Origin: Candidatus Poribacteria bacterium
GTDB lineage: Bacteria > Poribacteria > WGA-4E > PCPOR2b
NCBI GenBank assembly: GCA_965218095.1
Contig: OZ244587.1
Coordinates: 2,304,001 to 2,368,000, forward strand
Direction of reading: 5' to 3'
Length of the DNA: 64,000 nt
Part shown: positions 42,041-52,955 of the stretch, one piece after another
Layout of the letters: each line of letters opens with the position of its first letter
Numbering within the stretch: the first letter of the stretch is position 1
Made by a program: the position numbers and the translations under genes
The notes under the pieces: model-generated
Told to the model about the DNA's origin: nothing
Seen by the model: only the letters and a program-made list of their open reading frames with translations
Databases searched by the model: none

Positions 42041-42180
42041 TAGCACAAGTCGTAAATATATCACTTATATCACTCGCCAAAATTGGAAAATCTGACATTT
42101 GACCCATTTGGTCAAATTTTGTTATATCAGTTGTTTTGACATGCCCGAAGATGGCGAGGCGATAATAGAAAATAAAACCA

Positions 42181-42387
42181 TTACAGAATGATTCCAAAGG
42201 TGGTGAGTGCCCCAACTACGATTAGGGCAAGACCAAGAATACAATGGAAAATTCGGGCACCGTATCTTCCAAAAGTCTTGACTACCATTCTAGCTTTGAA
42301 GGTATTGAAGAACCAATCCCAGTTAAAAATTCCACCCATAAAGGAAAGGACGCCGGTTGCAACGAATATCAACCCGATAGGATTTAT
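42181..42387 (-). CDS. Imm17-like immunity protein (start apparently ATA, or TTG at 42372)
   Basis: GGIFNWDWFF..KAR..VKTFGRYGARIF..LG. Confidence 0.65.
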   Translation of the reverse strand: MNPIGLIFVATGVLSFMGGIFNWDWFFNTFKARMVVKTFGRYGARIFHCILGLALIVVGALTTFGIIL

Positions 42388-42743
42388 TTCTTTCTCCTCT
42401 TAATTTCGACTCGTTCCCACGCTCCCGCGTGGGAATGCATTCTTGGACGCTCTGCGTCCTTAGGTTGATACGAATGGGGAGAATTCCACAAACTCCCCCA
42501 GCATTGGGGGCCAGGGGACGCACACAAAGTCAAATTACTACCCCTTCTTCTTATCCACACCCGTTGATCAACGGCTCGCCTTTGACATAATAATGCAGGT
42601 TATCAATGAACAAGTGTAGGGTTCGCGCGTGAATGTGCTGCGATGACCCGGCGCTATGGGCTGTCAAGCTCACATTCGGTTCCGTCCATCACCGGCTCTC
42701 CGGTGGACATGGCGCAGTTACGCCTAACTTTCTGGTTTATGCT

Positions 42744-43068
42744 ATGCTTTCGCTTCTGGTACTGACCACACGCCACCGGGTGCCAGGGCTAAAGCCTGTT
42801 CAAAATGTACCATCCGCTTCGGCCCTGCCGTTGCCAGTATCTTTTCGCCATAGACTGTCCCCTTGCCGGAACGAGACACCCGATTAAGCTCGTCGCGCAG
42901 GAGATCCATCTCGTCTTCCTTGTATCAATAGCCGCAGTTAATCGTATACATGCGCCGTTGGGCGCCACCGCCCCAGGAACTGTGCTTCAAACCTTGATTG
43001 AATACGACGACGTCGTCCCCGGCTGCGATTCGAGTGCGACAGCAGGTACGGAAGGCCCATCGAGTCCG
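42744..43068 (-). pseudogene. 3' half of a second phytanoyl-CoA dioxygenase gene, truncated next to IS701
   Basis: PAVALESQP/GDDVVVFNQGLKHSSWGG..RR..TAGPKR parallels 35974-36783; internal TGA. Confidence 0.7.
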
Positions 43069-43085
43069 TAAGTCTCCTCTAAGCT

Positions 43086-44176
43086 CAGGACTTACGCAAA
43101 ATAAGTAGACACGAACTATGAAAAATAGTAGAACAAACAACACGGAGGTGAATATGGGAACACCGACTCGACTCGATTACTGTCAGTATCTGCTCAGTAG
43201 TCAAATCAACTATACATTAACGCATTTTGCCGACCACAGTCAATACTTTAGCCATGATATGATAAATCGGTATCTGGCTGGTGACCGTATTACCCCTCAC
43301 ATGGTGTGGGAGAACGTCTCTCCCTACATCATTCCCAGCGAACAGGGGTATATCATTTTCAATGATACTGTCCTGGACAAGCGATACTCATTGAACATTG
43401 AGTTGGTACGCCGACAATACAGCGGAAACGCTAAAGGGGTGATTAACGGAATCGGTGGGGTCACCTGTGTGTATGTCAATCCTGTGTTAGACCAATTCTG
43501 GATTATTGACGACCGGATTTACGACCCAGATGGCGATGGCAAGACCAAGTTAATCCATGTACAGGAGATGCTGTCTCTGATAGTCTATCACAAACAACTT
43601 CCGTTTGAGGCTGTATTGATGGATAGTTGGTATGCCACCAAAGTTCTGATGTTGCACATTGAGAAATTGGGCAAACGCTACTATTGCTAGCTGAAATCCA
43701 ATCACTTGGTGGATGATTCCAACGGTCAAAACCCTTATCAGCGAATCGATGCCTTGATGTGGAGAGCAACTGAACTCCAACAGGGTAAACGCATCAAAAT
43801 CAAAGGCTTCCCCAAAGAGCACAAGGTGAAACTCTTCCGGGTGGTGTCTTCTACCGGGCGCACGGATTTTGTCGTGACCAACGACTTGGCTCAAAACACC
43901 CCGTCAGCCGCCCAAGAGGCGTGTAACTGGTGCTGGAAGATTGAGCAGTTTCACCACGAAGGCAAGCCACTGACGGGTTTGGAACGGTGTCAATGTCGAT
44001 TGGCTCGCATTGTTCGCAACCATATCGGCTGTGCGATGTGAGTGTGGATTCGACTTAAGCAAGTGGCCTATGAGACCGGGCAAACTATTTATCAGGTCAA
44101 ACACGGTCTGTTATCTGACTATTTGTCTCAACAGTTGAAATCTTCCTCGATTAAAATGGTTCTTGCGTAAGTCCTG
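43086..44176 (+). mobile_element. IS701-family element with a pseudogenised transposase (stops at 43688 and 44039)
   Basis: TIRs CAGGACTTACGCA / TGCGTAAGTCCTG; TRLDYCQYLL, QYSGN, MDSWYA, WKIEQFH, CQCR..R..RNHI. Confidence 0.88.
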
Positions 44177-44348
44177 AATGTCTTAGAAGGTGTGTGAACA
44201 GTGGTTCTTTGCTAACCCCAATCTTTGATCGGGGTTATGAAGCCGATTGGCAACGATTTGGGTCATGAAACTCCGCATTTTTTCAGCCCCTGTCCCCAAA
44301 TGAACCCCGATCCTTAATCGGGGTTCCGTAGGAGTAAAAAACCTCTGC

Positions 44349-45401
44349 TCAAAAGGGAACTGGCGTTGACGGGCTGATAGGCTTTCCTATCCGTGCGGAC
44401 TCGTACAGCGCAACCACTGCCGCAACATTGCTCCAACTGTCAGCCAACGAGATGACCGGTTCAGCACCGTCTAGAACGCTGTCCACCATCGAATCGACTT
44501 CGCACTGATAGGCATTGACATTTTCATAAGTCTGCGTATCGATGGCGTGATGGTCCATGCTGTCGCCGAAGGTCAATGTCTCTTCGGCGTCACCACTCCG
44601 AGTCAGCCACACGTTGGCCGAAGCACCGATGTGGTTGACCCACGGCAGATTCACATAAAGCCTACCCTCGGCGCCAAGCAAGTCTGCCTCGACATGAGCG
44701 AATGACTGGAAGCTGCAAAAAAAGTGAACGAGGGTAGCGGCAGGGAATCGCATCTGCGCTGAGAAGCTCAGGTCAACGCTACTGTCTCCGGTGACCTGCG
44801 ACGCACTGACTTCGACCGGCTCGGCTTGCAGTACTGTCCGCGCAAAACTCACGCAATAGCTGCCCAGGTCCCACAACGAACCGCCGCCCATGTCTGCGTC
44901 CATCCGGATGTCCCCTCGATTTTCAAGGGTGTAGGTGAAAACGCCTCGAATCAGACGGACATCACCGATTGCGCCCTCAGCGACCAACTCCTGCAGATAC
45001 CGGGTCTGCGAATGAAACCGCATCATCGCCGCTTCTTGTATAATCACCCTGTTTCTCTTAGCTGCTTGCACCATACGTGCCACTTCCTCGGGCGTGGTGG
45101 CGATGGGTTTTTCGCACAGGACATGCTTGCCCACGCCGGCGCATTTGATCGCCCACTCGGCGTGCAAGTGGTTGGGCAAAGAAAGATAAACCACATCAAT
45201 CTCCGGGTCGGAAAGCATCCGTTCGTACGTACCATAGGCACGGGGGATGTCCCACTGCCTGGCATAAACTTGCGCCCTCTCGTGACTGCGACTTGCCACC
45301 GCCAGAAGTTCGCTCCGATCTGAAGCACGGATGGCAGGTATCAATCGCTCATTGATTCGGGCGGTGCTTAACAAACCCCAACGCACCTGCTTATCTGCCA
45401 T
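44349..45401 (-). CDS. Gfo/Idh/MocA oxidoreductase (xylose dehydrogenase-like)
   Basis: WGLLSTARI, AVASR, LPNHLH.EW, GKHVLCEKP, GGSLWDLGSY. Confidence 0.93.
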   Translation of the reverse strand: MADKQVRWGLLSTARINERLIPAIRASDRSELLAVASRSHERAQVYARQWDIPRAYGTYERMLSDPEIDVVYLSLPNHLHAEWAIKCAGVGKHVLCEKPIATTPEEVARMVQAAKRNRVIIQEAAMMRFHSQTRYLQELVAEGAIGDVRLIRGVFTYTLENRGDIRMDADMGGGSLWDLGSYCVSFARTVLQAEPVEVSASQVTGDSSVDLSFSAQMRFPAATLVHFFCSFQSFAHVEADLLGAEGRLYVNLPWVNHIGASANVWLTRSGDAEETLTFGDSMDHHAIDTQTYENVNAYQCEVDSMVDSVLDGAEPVISLADSWSNVAAVVALYESARIGKPISPSTPVPF

Positions 45402-45568
45402 GGTTAACTCCTTGTTGATTCCTGCTTTTACTCGGTTTGTTCATGTGGTCAGTGTTAAGTCCCCGGCATCAGTTTTTGGATGTTTAGGAACCGAGTTTTT
45501 TGGAAAAACTCGGTTCCTTACCGCCGAAAAATATGCAGAATTTGTCCCATAAACAAAATTTGGACGGT

Positions 45569-46750
45569 TCAAGCCCGACTGTGATGCGACTCAGCCGGAG
45601 CGTGATACTCGACGCGCAGATGCGGGGTCTCCAGACGCTGATGGTTCTGAATACGCGAAGTCAGACAACTCTCCAACACACCGCTGACGATGAGGGTACG
45701 CTCCGCTGGGAAGGGGGCTCTGCCGGTCATAATCATCTCCTCAATCTTCGCCGCAAGGCAGGCGGAGTAAGTCACATTCGGCGTCGGCGGCAGGAAGAAC
45801 TGGGTGGACACCGGGTCGGGTACGCCCTTGAGCCGTGCGGCGAAGCAGTAATCTCTAACCGCGTCGTTGAGCATCAGTAGCGTGGTCTGGAGCCCATCGT
45901 TGCGTTCGATAAAATAGGCTGCTGGATTTTCGACCAGTTTTTGGAGTTCGCCGCTGCCGAGTAGATCCTGAGTCCGACCATCTTCCTCGGTTAGTCCACA
46001 CGGGCTGTCGCATCGAGAAAGTGCCGCTTCCAAAAGTTCCTTCGACCAACACCCTTCCTCGCCAGCCTCCCACACCGCATCCCCCTCGATTAATTGTACC
46101 GCCTTGACCCCGGTCTCACCACCTTTGCGGCGTTCAACCATGCACTGCATAGCTTCAAGGGCGTGATAATCCATCGGATCGGAGCCACCGACACCTACCA
46201 TCAAGGCACTCTCAATCTCGCAATCAAGGGGCAATTCGACATCTGGCAGACGCCAAGTTACCGGCAGAGACGAGCCAGCGAGGATTGGGAATTCCAAGCG
46301 ATGGCCGTCGTCCACCATCTCCCGTGCCTTCTCGAAACTGTAGGAGAGATGTTTGTCATTGTAGACCGGAACTGCGCGTCCGTCCTCCTCGAAGACTTTG
46401 ACGCATTCCTTGAAGAATTCATAGCGAGGGTAAAGCACCTGACCTTTTTTGTTTCTTGGGTAGTCGCCATGCTCACCGATGATTAGCACGGCATCAACAG
46501 CGAGTTTGTCTCCACCGCAGCGCAACGCTTCAGAAATAGTCGGGTACACGGAAAAACCGAATTCGCGGGCGCGGTCAGTGGATTGGTCTCCTTCGGGCGT
46601 CTGATCAACGTAGAGGGAAACGACTTGGGTATCGGGACGATGCCAGCGACCTTCGTAGGGGTAGCCGACCATGAAGCGGTCGGCGAAGTGTTGGGCATGT
46701 GACAGGTAGCGGTAGATGGTGGCAATTACGGCGATGCGTTTCGGTGCCAT
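45569..46750 (-). CDS. Conserved hypothetical protein with Rossmann-like N-terminus (paralog B)
   Basis: SHAQH..DRF..GY, LAVDAVLIIGEHGDYP, NDKHLS, GSSLPVTWR, YHALE..QCMVERR, ERTL. Confidence 0.8.
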   Translation of the reverse strand: MAPKRIAVIATIYRYLSHAQHFADRFMVGYPYEGRWHRPDTQVVSLYVDQTPEGDQSTDRAREFGFSVYPTISEALRCGGDKLAVDAVLIIGEHGDYPRNKKGQVLYPRYEFFKECVKVFEEDGRAVPVYNDKHLSYSFEKAREMVDDGHRLEFPILAGSSLPVTWRLPDVELPLDCEIESALMVGVGGSDPMDYHALEAMQCMVERRKGGETGVKAVQLIEGDAVWEAGEEGCWSKELLEAALSRCDSPCGLTEEDGRTQDLLGSGELQKLVENPAAYFIERNDGLQTTLLMLNDAVRDYCFAARLKGVPDPVSTQFFLPPTPNVTYSACLAAKIEEMIMTGRAPFPAERTLIVSGVLESCLTSRIQNHQRLETPHLRVEYHAPAESHHSRA

Positions 46751-46771
46751 TTGCGCGTTTCTCCTTTGAAA

Positions 46772-47965
46772 TCAGGTTCGCCAGAAAGTTGATTCTTCCG
46801 TCGGCTGATAAAAAATATTCAGGTGCGGAGTCTCCTGCCGTGTCTGACCCTGAAAGAGACTGTCCACGCCCGCCGCCACCAATCCGGTAGTGAGCAGTGT
46901 GCGCTCGACCGGATAGGTCGCCGCTCCGCTCAAGAACATCTTTTCAACATTGTTGACTAGCGGTGTGAAGAAGTTGGCAAGGGTCGTGCGGGCTGGGGGC
47001 ATCGGCAGGTACATCTGTGTGGACAGCGGGGCGTCCTGACCTTCGAGGTGCGCGGCAAAGTTGAAATCCTGAACCAGTCCGTTCATAAGAATCATGGTAG
47101 CTTTGAGGCCGTCCAAATGCTCGTACTGGTAGGCGATTGGGTCTTCAACCAGTTCCTTCATTTCGTCCAAGGTCGGGAAGATGTTGTTGAACCCCTGCCG
47201 CGAAGGTGTGAGGGTGTGACTGCGGCAGAGGGCAGCCTCGAACAGTTCACGCGACCACAGTTCCTCGTGATGCGCCTCCCAGAATTTGTCACCGCGGTAG
47301 GCCTGCAGCCACTTGACGCCTTTTTCGCCGCCTTCGCGGCGCTCCACCATACACTGGATGGTCTCCAGGGTGTGGAAGTCGTAGCTGTCGACGCCGCCAA
47401 TCGCGATACATATTGCCTCCCGGACACGGGCACCCAAGGGCATGTCGATGGACGGCGTGCGCCAAGTCACTGGCAGGGATGATCCGGACATAAACGCAAA
47501 GCCCATCTCTTGAGAAATGTCGTACATCTCCCGCGCCCAGTCCCAGTTCCAAGAAAGATGCTTGTCATTGAAAATGGGTGCAGTTTTGCCGGTAGCTCTG
47601 TAGACCGAGACAATCTGCTTGAAAAGTTCGTAGCGTGGGTAGAGATGCTGCCCCTTCTCGTTGGAGGGATAGCTACCGTGCTCACCGACCAATAGGACCC
47701 CATCAACGGCAAGCTCGCTGCCTCCCAGGATCAGGGTGTCGGCGATGGTCGGATAGATTTTCATCTGGGGGAAGCGCTCCGCACGGTCATGGCTCAGGTC
47801 ACCTTCAGGCCGCTGGTCAACGTAGAGTGAGACCAGATCCATCGGCGGATGGTGGTGCCGACTGTTCCAGCCGTACCCCTCCAAGAAACGGTCAACGATG
47901 TGCTGGCCATGGGAATACTTGCGGTACTCTGTGACGATGGCCGCAATTTTGGGGCGTTTGGTCAT
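46772..47965 (-). CDS. Conserved hypothetical protein with Rossmann-like N-terminus (paralog A)
   Basis: Shares all of the above motifs with 45569-46750. Confidence 0.8.
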   Translation of the reverse strand: MTKRPKIAAIVTEYRKYSHGQHIVDRFLEGYGWNSRHHHPPMDLVSLYVDQRPEGDLSHDRAERFPQMKIYPTIADTLILGGSELAVDGVLLVGEHGSYPSNEKGQHLYPRYELFKQIVSVYRATGKTAPIFNDKHLSWNWDWAREMYDISQEMGFAFMSGSSLPVTWRTPSIDMPLGARVREAICIAIGGVDSYDFHTLETIQCMVERREGGEKGVKWLQAYRGDKFWEAHHEELWSRELFEAALCRSHTLTPSRQGFNNIFPTLDEMKELVEDPIAYQYEHLDGLKATMILMNGLVQDFNFAAHLEGQDAPLSTQMYLPMPPARTTLANFFTPLVNNVEKMFLSGAATYPVERTLLTTGLVAAGVDSLFQGQTRQETPHLNIFYQPTEESTFWRT

Positions 47966-48157
47966 AGTTTGAATATCCTTTTAGTCAATATGCAATGGTT
48001 TCGTATTAGTTGCCACGGTAGTTTTAGGACCTCTATCAGGATCGCTCTACCTGTTTTGCCATCCGCTCGAATTGTGGCAATCAGTGTCGAGGGGTCTATA
48101 GATTCTCAAATGCCCGTAATACCGCAGCATCTCCGGGAACTGGGCAAATACCGTTAT

Positions 48158-49166
48158 TTATTCGGTAGGGAAGTATACCTTAACTAGCGGCATCAACCTC
48201 TTACCCTCAATATCAAAACTCTCATAGTGGGTCACAATTAGGTTTGCAAGATCATCAAGTCCCATATAGAGTTAGAGGGATTTTTGAACGAGCTTCTTCA
48301 TATTTGGCGTCCTTTGTAAAACCACCGCTGCTGATATATAACGCTTTGTCACCGTCCTGCAAACCGCCGAGAAAACTACGAATATCTTGAGACCCCATAG
48401 ATGTTCCTGAACGGTGTTTTACTTGGACCTTAATTCTTGGTTCTTCAAGCCCAAGTCCATCGGGGGAAGCAAGAACGTCAACCCCTCGATCTGCTCCTTT
48501 AGGCATAACCCGAGTTTTGTATCCCATAGCTCGTAAAATCGCTGCTGCTAGTAACTCCATTTCATCAGGAGATAGTTGCAATAGCTTGTCTTTGATAAGT
48601 TCGTGGGATTGCGCAAGGGTATCCTCTTTAATCTGATCGAGTCCGTTGTCGTCCACCTCGGTGCTTTCTAGTGTAGTAGGTTCTTGCAGATGAGATAACA
48701 ACTCCGTCGATACTTCCTCATTCACTGAAAAGAGCGTCTGGATACTGCCCAATGAATTTCTTGAGGAAACAGATAGCGCATCCCGGCTTACACGCCCCAG
48801 CCAGTCAACTCTTCGCAAATGGGCGTAATTAGAGATTGCCTCGGAAATTTCATCGGTATTGTGATAGTAATCACTCATAATATTACCGATGAGATATTCG
48901 CGCTGCTGAGGGTCATAGGTCACCACCTTTTGATCCATCTCAAGTGTAAAACGGAATCTGCAAATCATGGACACGGCAAGTCTCGCCTTAACCGGTTTTG
49001 CATCAGGATATGCACGATTATACCGCTCTTTGATTTTTTCTTGAGAGGTTACCGCACTTAAATCACTGATTTTATGCCAACCAATGGCGATAACTTCACG
49101 GGCAACAAATTCTTCAATGAGGTATCCGTCCTCTCCGGCACGAACCAGCCACATTATTTCTGCCAT
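48158..49166 (-). pseudogene. Mrr-like restriction endonuclease, frameshifted near the C-terminus (about 48265)
   Basis: MWLVRAG, GADRGVDVLASPDG, KVQVKHR, ISSGGFT; GLDDLANLI..PLVKVYFP in a second frame. Confidence 0.8.
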
Positions 49167-49298
49167 AATCCTTTCCCCTTGCGTTTATTCATATTCACAT
49201 CTCATCGCTTCATGGACATTCTCCACAACTTGACTGCTATGTGTGGAGATACTACACCAATCCACAAAAGAAATCAAGCGAAAAGAGAAGCACCGTCA

Positions 49299-50069
49299 TC
49301 ACCGATACTGCTCCAGATCTCCCCTGTACTCCAACCCCAGCACCCGACGTGACCGTTCCACATTGCAGGTCTTATCCGCCTCGGGCGTCCCCACAATATG
49401 AAAAATGTCGGAGTCAATCACCACTGACTCCATCGCTAGGCGGCAGGCTTCCGCCAGATCATGACGGCACACCCAGTCATTGCCGGTCCGCGTTCCCTCC
49501 GGTCCCAGTTTCTCTCTGCCCCGCCCGATTCCCAATCGACTGTCCACGATATAAGCCGGACGCAGGATAATAATGCGCAAACCGAAGGCGTCATAAAACT
49601 GTCGGCACATCTCCTCCTGCAAACGCTTACAAACCGCATACAGGCTCCCATCCGGTCTTCTGACCTCAGATGTGAAAAATATCCCCCTGGGGTGTACCGT
49701 CTGGCACGAGCCGATATGTACCACCCGCTTGACCCCACGTTGTCGGGCGGATTCGAGGACATTCCACAATCCCTTCAAATTGATCAGGAACGGCTTCTGA
49801 TCGTCTACGCCATAACCTCCCGGTTCGCTGGAGAAATAGACAGCCAAATGAATAATCGCATCCATTCCCGCTGTGGCGTTGTGCACGGTGGTGAAATCCA
49901 CGATGTCACCATGGAGAATCTCCCCGTCCTGCCATTCACCGTCGGTCTCCTTCCACGTCTCCCAGGCCTCTGGGCCTCGATCAAAGGCGCGAACCTGATG
50001 TTTACCCGTTAAATTAGCCAGCACCGATCGGCCTGTCCAACCGGCTGCGCCAAATACTACAACTTTCAT
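49299..50069 (-). CDS. NAD-dependent epimerase/dehydratase
   Basis: VFGAAGWTG, IIHLA, LYAVCK. Confidence 0.85.
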   Translation of the reverse strand: MKVVVFGAAGWTGRSVLANLTGKHQVRAFDRGPEAWETWKETDGEWQDGEILHGDIVDFTTVHNATAGMDAIIHLAVYFSSEPGGYGVDDQKPFLINLKGLWNVLESARQRGVKRVVHIGSCQTVHPRGIFFTSEVRRPDGSLYAVCKRLQEEMCRQFYDAFGLRIIILRPAYIVDSRLGIGRGREKLGPEGTRTGNDWVCRHDLAEACRLAMESVVIDSDIFHIVGTPEADKTCNVERSRRVLGLEYRGDLEQYR

Positions 50070-50130
50070 CTCTCTATATTCCTTTCCATATTGAGGATGA
50101 GGGGAACGAAACTCATTTAGGACGCTACCC

Positions 50131-50871
50131 CTACCCAAACAGCGGGTTCGTCCCGCCGAAGGCGTCGATTGCCGTACCGGTGATCGCGGAACTTGCGTCT
50201 GATGCCAGGAAAACGGCGACCGCTGCAATCTCGTCAGGCAGTATCAGTTTCGGGTTCTCTGCTCTACCTCGGCTCCCGAATGCCTCGCGGAAGCCCTCCG
50301 TGTCGACACCGCCCGGACAGATACAGTTGACATCAATGCCGTGTGCCTTGACCTCGGCGGCCAGGCTCTCGGTCAGACTAATCAATCCCGCTTTCGTCAC
50401 CCGATACGCGCTGCGGCCTCTGCCGCCCTTCCGTCCACCGATGCTTGAGATGTTGATAATCTTGCCGGACCGATTTGCAATCATGCTCGGCACCACGGCT
50501 TTTGTGAGAAGCGCCGCGCCGGTCAGGTTCACGTCTATAACCTGACGCCACAGATTGGCGTCCAGGTTCACTAGGTCTATGAGCGGGTGAATTATGGCGG
50601 CGTTATTGACCAGGATATCAACGCGCCCGAATCTCGTCAGCGTCTCATCGGCGATGCGTCCAATGTCCGTCTCAACGCCCAGGTCTGCCGTCACGGCCAG
50701 GGCCTCCGGGCCGATTCTCCTGATCTGGTCGACAACCGCTTCAATCGCTTCTGTCGTGCGGGCGGTGGCAACGACGTTTGCCCCTTCACGCCCGAATGCA
50801 AGCGCTGTCGCCCTCCCGATCCCCTTGCTCGCGCCGGTGACAATGGCGATTCTGTTTTCGAGTTTTCTCAT
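50131..50871 (-). CDS. Short-chain dehydrogenase/reductase
   Basis: TGASKGIG, LVNNA, NISS, YRVTK, VNCICPG.VDT. Confidence 0.93.
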   Translation of the reverse strand: MRKLENRIAIVTGASKGIGRATALAFGREGANVVATARTTEAIEAVVDQIRRIGPEALAVTADLGVETDIGRIADETLTRFGRVDILVNNAAIIHPLIDLVNLDANLWRQVIDVNLTGAALLTKAVVPSMIANRSGKIINISSIGGRKGGRGRSAYRVTKAGLISLTESLAAEVKAHGIDVNCICPGGVDTEGFREAFGSRGRAENPKLILPDEIAAVAVFLASDASSAITGTAIDAFGGTNPLFG

Positions 50872-51014
50872 CGACTTCTCCTTCCTCACCGACAAAGCCG
50901 GCGGGTAACAATAGAATTGAACGGCTGTGATTCTGTCACAATCAAATTCAATGAACGTTAATATATCCTGTAATGTTGTTCTGGGCGTAGTGTGAATTTC
51001 CGATGGCAGTTCAG

Positions 51015-51839
51015 TCAATCACCAAACTTCCACACCTTCAATGCCGTCTTGCTAAAAAGCCATTCTTTGTCCTCGTCAGTGAGGAAGTCAATGTGTGTCC
51101 GAAAGAGCTCCAGCGCGGGTAAATATCCAACTCCCTTGAGCACGCCCGGAAAGTTCGTCCCCCACATCAGGCGCTGCGGTCCGAATGCGTCGTATATCCT
51201 GCGAAAAGTGGAGAACGTATCTTCGTGCGGGTACGGTAATTTTGACTTGTGAGCCTGGGGTGTGAACTTCACATAGACATTCGGATACTCCGCCAGCCGC
51301 AGCACGTTGCTGAGAAGCGGATACGGTGGGGCTTCGTCGGTAGGCGCACCCCCGATGTGATCTAACACGACAGGAACATTTGGAAAGCGGGCAATGATGG
51401 GTTCGATGGCAGGCAAATGGGTGGAAGGTCCATACACGATAAAGCAGACCCCCAAGCTCTCGGCGCGCTGCCATATCGGGTCCTGGTCAGGAGCCGCCCA
51501 CTCTGAGGGATGGTTTGGCCTCGACAGGTGTATCCGCAGCCCAACGAAGCCATCCTCCTTGACCAATCGCTCAAGTTGGTCGGGTGCGTCGGCCGCATTT
51601 CGGTTCACCAGCCCAATCGCTGCGAATTTGCCCGGAAAGCGCCGAAGGCAATCCGCTACATATCGATTATCGTAAAGATAGCCTATCGGCTGAACGATGA
51701 CCGCTTTATCCACTCCTGCTTCAGCCATCGTTTCATTCAGCAACTCGACCGGCGCACCCTCGCTTGCCTGCCTTCCTTCGGCAAACGGGTAACGAGAAAA
51801 GTCATCGCTCCAGACGTGTAAATGGGTATCAATGATCAT
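51015..51839 (-). CDS. Amidohydrolase_2 family (lactonase-like)
   Basis: IDTHLHVW, VIVQP, GLR, VVLDHIG, RLMWGTNFP. Confidence 0.9.
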   Translation of the reverse strand: MIIDTHLHVWSDDFSRYPFAEGRQASEGAPVELLNETMAEAGVDKAVIVQPIGYLYDNRYVADCLRRFPGKFAAIGLVNRNAADAPDQLERLVKEDGFVGLRIHLSRPNHPSEWAAPDQDPIWQRAESLGVCFIVYGPSTHLPAIEPIIARFPNVPVVLDHIGGAPTDEAPPYPLLSNVLRLAEYPNVYVKFTPQAHKSKLPYPHEDTFSTFRRIYDAFGPQRLMWGTNFPGVLKGVGYLPALELFRTHIDFLTDEDKEWLFSKTALKVWKFGD

Positions 51840-51923
51840 GTTTCCCTCCACTATAATCAAATCCTTCAGTTCTCGTTCCCAAGCTGCAGCTTGGGAACGA
51901 GGGCAACCTTCCGAAGGTTAACC

Positions 51924-52742
51924 TTAGTAGTCAGCAAGCAATTTCCGCAGATGCTTGACCGCCAGCCTGAGGCATTCGTTGGTATCGTATCGATTGCGGT
52001 CTCCGCCTTCAAAGACAATCGACATATTGCCGTTGAAATTCACCGATTTCAGAATTTTCAGAATGCGCCCGTAATCAAGCCATTCTTCTCGCCCGCTGTC
52101 GATCTTGTAAATCTTAGCGCGCACATAAGTGGCGTATGGCGCAGTTCGTTCCAGGTAGTCCTTATAGAGATCTACGTTCGGATCGAACTCACCGCGTGGG
52201 TGCGATCCGATTGCATCCAGCCACTGGCCCGTATCCATAATAAAGGTGAAGTTCTCGTGGTCGATCTCCCGCAGGATGCGCAGGACTTGATCTGCGGTCA
52301 TTGCAAAGCTGCCGTTGTTGTGGTTCTGCAGCCCCAGCATGACTCCCTTCTCCGCCGCATAGTCCGAGAGCTCCTGGAAACGGCGAATCATCGGTCCCCA
52401 CAGGACTTCCTGTTCTTCGACGGTGTCTGGCCATTTGTACCTAGCAAACACCCGGATCATTTGCGCCGACATGAAGGCAGCCACATCCACATCCGCCTTG
52501 CCCCGCTCTATTGCGTCTCGCATTTCGTCTTCTGGCCCCACAAAACTGCCAGCCCCTAGATAACCGATGGGCAAGCCGTGCTTCATGCACAGAATCTTAA
52601 CACGACGCAGAAAATCAGGATCTCTGGGCAGTCCAGAGAGATGGAAATCGATGACATCCAGCCCCAATTCGTGGGCAAATTTGACGTGGCTTTCAAACAC
52701 CGCCGCATTTGTTGCGCGAGCCATCATTCCGAGTTTAATCAT
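51924..52742 (-). CDS. Sugar phosphate isomerase/epimerase TIM barrel
   Basis: IRVFA, GLQNHN, MDTGQW, RAKIY, SIVFEG. Confidence 0.8.
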   Translation of the reverse strand: MIKLGMMARATNAAVFESHVKFAHELGLDVIDFHLSGLPRDPDFLRRVKILCMKHGLPIGYLGAGSFVGPEDEMRDAIERGKADVDVAAFMSAQMIRVFARYKWPDTVEEQEVLWGPMIRRFQELSDYAAEKGVMLGLQNHNNGSFAMTADQVLRILREIDHENFTFIMDTGQWLDAIGSHPRGEFDPNVDLYKDYLERTAPYATYVRAKIYKIDSGREEWLDYGRILKILKSVNFNGNMSIVFEGGDRNRYDTNECLRLAVKHLRKLLADY

Positions 52743-52766
52743 AATCTCAGTTCCTTTCTTCTATCT

Positions 52767-52906
52767 CAGGACTTACGCAATTGCATAAGTTGATTAACCC
52801 CCAACCTCTTGTGTCCCCTGTATCTTGAATCTTGCATCAGATTTAGGAGTCATGATTCAAGATTCTGTGAAGTTGCATGTTCTGCATATCGGCTGCGTAA
52901 GTCCTA
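52767..52906. mobile_element. MITE with IS701-type ends
   Basis: CAGGACTTACGCA..TGCGTAAGTCCTA, 140 bp, flanked by the 5-bp direct repeat TATCT. Confidence 0.85.
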
Positions 52907-52955
52907 TATCTTAGTTAGCTTCTTCAAGTTCAGGGTAAAGAGGCAGGTCAATCGG

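Noticed and set aside
47990-48160. Integron attC site after the Mrr-like gene
   Set aside because: No RYYYAAC/GTTRRRY pair with a consistent hairpin, and no integrase
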